64,000 nucleotides of DNA from Promethearchaeota archaeon (GTDB lineage: Archaea > Asgardarchaeota > Lokiarchaeia > Sigyniarchaeales > SOKP01): NCBI GenBank assembly GCA_048938025.1, contig JBHLMP010000001.1:32001-96000 (forward strand), in the 5' to 3' direction. The translations under genes and the position numbers were made by a program. Below the pieces are notes generated by a model, which was not told the DNA's origin, did not search any database, and saw only the letters and a list, made by a program, of their open reading frames with translations. Below are positions 60,968 to 64,000 of the stretch, one piece after another (position 1 is the first letter of the stretch; every line of letters starts with the position of its first letter).

Positions 60968-61912
60968 ATGGATGAATTTAAATGTGAAATTTTAATCATA
61001 GGTGCTGGTCCTGCAGGACTAAGTGCAGGAGTTTATTGTGCTCGAGTAAACAGAGATGTCATTATTCTTGATGGGAAAGAGACATCTGCTTTAGCAAAAA
61101 CGAAAGAGATACAAAATTGGCTAGGAGAAATAGATATAAAAGGTAAGAAACTATTAGAAAAATTTAGAGCTCATGCTGAGAGTTATTCTGAAAATTTAAG
61201 AATATTTAAAGGTGATGTAATCTCATTAATGCTTGGAATGGGGGTAAACATGATATCGACGCGAACAGCTAATATTACTTCTGATGTTGTTATTATAGCA
61301 ACAGGTAGAGGTAATCGAAAAGAAATTATCAAGGGAGAAGGTGCTCTACTTGGATATGGCCTTTCCTATAATGCATTAAGTGATGGTCCCTTATATAAAG
61401 ATAAAGTTGTGTTTTTATATGGCTCAGATAAAGAAGTTTTTGAGGATGCTTTAGCTTTAGATCAAATAGGATGCAAAATTCATATAATAACTAATGTAGG
61501 AATTGAGGATTTACCTGAAAAGGTTTATGAGGTCAAAGATAAGGGAATTGATGTAATAGAGAATATGGAAATTGTTGAAGCAATACCCAATTCCGAAGGT
61601 ATTATTCAAAAAATAATATGTAGATTTAATAAACCCGAATCAGAAGATTTTGAAGAAATAATAGAATTTGAGTTAGATTGCCTATTTATCTTATCCCATA
61701 TCACATCAAATTCCATATTTAAAAAAGCTGGTATAGAATTAGATGATATGGGAAATATTATAGTTGATGATGAACAACAAACAAATCTAAAGGGAGTATA
61801 TGCTGCTGGTGATGTTACAGGTGGAATATTTCAAGTAATTTTTGCTGCAGCTGAAGGTGCACGAGCAGGAATAAATGCTTGTAAATATCTCCGACAATTA
61901 AAGAAAGATTAA
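60968..61912 (+). CDS. Thioredoxin-reductase-like flavoprotein lacking the redox CxxC
   Basis: GAGPAG, ATG, YAAGD retained; SYNALSDG in place of SYCATCDG. Confidence 0.85.
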   Translation: MDEFKCEILIIGAGPAGLSAGVYCARVNRDVIILDGKETSALAKTKEIQNWLGEIDIKGKKLLEKFRAHAESYSENLRIFKGDVISLMLGMGVNMISTRTANITSDVVIIATGRGNRKEIIKGEGALLGYGLSYNALSDGPLYKDKVVFLYGSDKEVFEDALALDQIGCKIHIITNVGIEDLPEKVYEVKDKGIDVIENMEIVEAIPNSEGIIQKIICRFNKPESEDFEEIIEFELDCLFILSHITSNSIFKKAGIELDDMGNIIVDDEQQTNLKGVYAAGDVTGGIFQVIFAAAEGARAGINACKYLRQLKKD

Positions 61913-61993
61913 ATAATACAAAAGGAAAATTAAAAAATCTTATTAAGATTATATTTTGTATATTTCAAAGTTAATAGATCATGGAAATTAAAA

Positions 61994-62929
61994 TTGTCTG
62001 AAAATAATAGAGTAGATCTAGCTATCATTGGTGGTGGACCTGCTGGATTAACTGCGGCAATTTATGGCGCGAGAATGGGTTTAAAGACTGTTCTCTATGA
62101 GGGAAAAGGTTTTGGAGGTTTAGCTGGAACTGCTCCCAAAATTGAAAATTATCCAGGATTTCAAAGTATCAATGGTCTTGAATTAACTGAAAAAATGAGA
62201 GAACAAGCTGAACATTGGGGAACTACTTTTTTCTTTAATGAAGTCTCTAAAATCAATCCAAAAGAAATGACTATAACTACTTATAAAGGAGAAACAAAAG
62301 CTAAAGCTATTATAATTGCTACTGGTTCAAAACACCAATCACTTGGATTATCTAATGAGTTTGAATTAGTAGGTAATGGAATATCTTATTGTGCTACTTG
62401 TGATGGTCCATTATTTCGAGATCAAGTAGTTGCTACAGTTGGTGGTGGAAATGCCGCTGGTCTAGAAGTAATTTACCTTTCAGGGGTCGTAAAAGAAGTT
62501 TATCTTATTCATAGACGTCATTGCATGCGAGCAGAAGCCTGCATTGCAGATGAGGTTGAGTCATTAAATAATGTTAAACCAATGTATAATTGCACTATTG
62601 AAGAAGCTATAACTAAGGATAATAAATTGGAAGCGTTAAAAATCAAAAACCATGAAACTGGCGAAATTTCTACTATAAGTGTAAATGCTCTCTTCATTGC
62701 TATAGGAGTTGAGCCACAGAGTGAATTAGCGAAAAAGGCCGGAATAGAACTTGATGACAATAATTTTATTAAAGTCAATAAAAATCAAGAAACCAATTTT
62801 TCTGGTATTTATGCAGCTGGAGATGTAACTGGGGGAATACGCCAAGTGTCCACAGCAGTTGGGGAAGCAACAACAGCAGCAATGAATGCGTATTTATTTA
62901 TTAAAAAAGGATGGTATGGAGAGGGATAA
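61994..62929 (+). CDS. trxB: Thioredoxin-disulfide reductase
   Basis: GGGPAG, ENYPG, SYCATCDG, GGGNAA, HRR, YAAGD. Confidence 0.93.
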   Translation: MSENNRVDLAIIGGGPAGLTAAIYGARMGLKTVLYEGKGFGGLAGTAPKIENYPGFQSINGLELTEKMREQAEHWGTTFFFNEVSKINPKEMTITTYKGETKAKAIIIATGSKHQSLGLSNEFELVGNGISYCATCDGPLFRDQVVATVGGGNAAGLEVIYLSGVVKEVYLIHRRHCMRAEACIADEVESLNNVKPMYNCTIEEAITKDNKLEALKIKNHETGEISTISVNALFIAIGVEPQSELAKKAGIELDDNNFIKVNKNQETNFSGIYAAGDVTGGIRQVSTAVGEATTAAMNAYLFIKKGWYGEG

Positions 62930-63092
62930 ATAACCTAATTACCTTCATAAAACGTATATCTTATCATCGTTCTCTAAAACAATAACGCCACGAGGGAAAT
63001 ATGAACTTTTTTTAGATAAAAAATAGTTTTTCAAGATTCATAAAATCCCAACTCACCAATAGTTAAAGGAATTAAAAAAAAAGGATTTGGGT

Positions 63093-64000
63093 TTAATTTT
63101 TTATATCATACTTTTTTTTAATCACTAGGGCAATGCTAATACCTAAAGTAGCTACAATCAACCCTAAAATATAACCTGAAATTGCAGGAGAACCTGGTTT
63201 TTTGAGTCCCCCATCCATAATAGTCCAAGAAAATTGAGTAATAATAAACTCTCTTGCATCTGCTGCTGCGCTACTATATTTGGAATAACCTGCATGAAAG
63301 GTTACACCAGTTCGCAAGTTTAATTGTGACCAACCTAATAATAAATTATCATAATTAGACGTCGATAATGCAATTGCATAGAACATGCCATCCATGTCTG
63401 TCACGCTTGAAACATTCCAATTACCGAGAGGTTGATTGAATGAAAAAGCATATCTGAACATATAACCCATATCTGTCACGCTCGATACATCCCAATTATC
63501 GAGAGGTTGATTGAATGAAAGAGCATAGCTGAACATATAACCCATATCTGTCACGCTCGATACATCCCAATTATCGAGAGGCTGGTTAAACGAAGGAGTC
63601 TCGTCGAACATGACACTCATGTCTGTCACACTCGACACATCCCAATTTTCAAGTGGTTGGTTAAATGAAGAAGCAGCGCCGAACATGCCACGCATGTCTG
63701 TCACGCTTGATACGTTCCAATTGATAAGTGGTTGGTTAAATGAAGAAGCCCCGCCGAACATGAAACGCATGTCTGTCACGCTCGATACATCCCAATTGTC
63801 AAGAGGCTGGTTAAACGAAGAAGCCCCGTCGAACATGTTATGCATGTTTGTCACGCTCGAAACGTCCCAGCTGTTCATATTGCCGCTAGTACCAAGATTT
63901 TTGCACTCCTCAAAAGCCCGGTATAAACTGGTCGTTCCCGTTAAATTTAAGCTGTCAATAGCTGTAATTTTTAAATTGCAGCAACCGTCGAAATAACCCC
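63093..64000 (-). CDS. BspA-like / DUF285 repeat surface protein with C-terminal TM; 5' end outside window
   Basis: Frame is open to the window edge (GYFDGCCNLKITAIDSLNLTGTTSL...); 25-aa repeats WDVSSVTDM..MF..A.SFNQPLDN. Confidence 0.92.
   Translation of the reverse strand, partial: GYFDGCCNLKITAIDSLNLTGTTSLYRAFEECKNLGTSGNMNSWDVSSVTNMHNMFDGASSFNQPLDNWDVSSVTDMRFMFGGASSFNQPLINWNVSSVTDMRGMFGAASSFNQPLENWDVSSVTDMSVMFDETPSFNQPLDNWDVSSVTDMGYMFSYALSFNQPLDNWDVSSVTDMGYMFRYAFSFNQPLGNWNVSSVTDMDGMFYAIALSTSNYDNLLLGWSQLNLRTGVTFHAGYSKYSSAAADAREFIITQFSWTIMDGGLKKPGSPAISGYILGLIVATLGISIALVIKKKYDIKN
63385..63878 (-). repeat. Intragenic 75-bp tandem repeats (about 6.5 copies) encoding DUF285 units
   Basis: Recurrent tctgtcacgctcgatacatccc at 75-nt spacing. 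Confidence 0.85.

Noticed and set aside
63385-63878. 75-bp repeats as a CRISPR array or DGR template/variable repeat
   Set aside because: The repeats are in-frame DUF285 coding units without unique spacers; no cas or reverse transcriptase gene is in the window.
188-63996. Many short ORF-track entries overlapping longer genes (for example 188-481, 4995-5408, 25714-26064, 37662-38069, 63610-63996)
   Set aside because: They are antisense or out-of-frame shadows of well-supported CDSs, with no recognisable motifs.

Overview
An AT-rich, gene-dense archaeal chromosomal window, most consistent with an Asgard archaeon of the Lokiarchaeia/Promethearchaeota type. The evidence is an archaeal proteasome beta subunit, aCPSF1, an EF-2 paralog without the diphthamide His, intron-containing tRNAs, and longin-like and tandem winged-helix proteins; the taxon call is inference. 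It holds about 55 CDS, two of which are cut by the window edges and missed or truncated by the ORF track. There are three tRNAs: Leu-TAA with two non-canonical introns, Gly-CCC with a D-loop intron, and Gln-CTG with C33. I found no CRISPR array, transposase or prophage. The main system is an inositol-phosphate locus (28801-34770): myo-inositol-1-phosphate synthase among four ITPK1-like ATP-grasp kinases, plus a HAD phosphatase with a long Lys-rich tail. Other highlights are repeated evidence for ATT start codons, two unannotated structured intergenic elements (40786-40881 and 46548-46721), a 788-aa protein joining UFL1/DDRGK-like winged-helix repeats to an appendage-like C-terminus, and a Cys-less thioredoxin-reductase paralog beside a canonical trxB. 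All family calls come from motifs recognised by eye, not from database searches.
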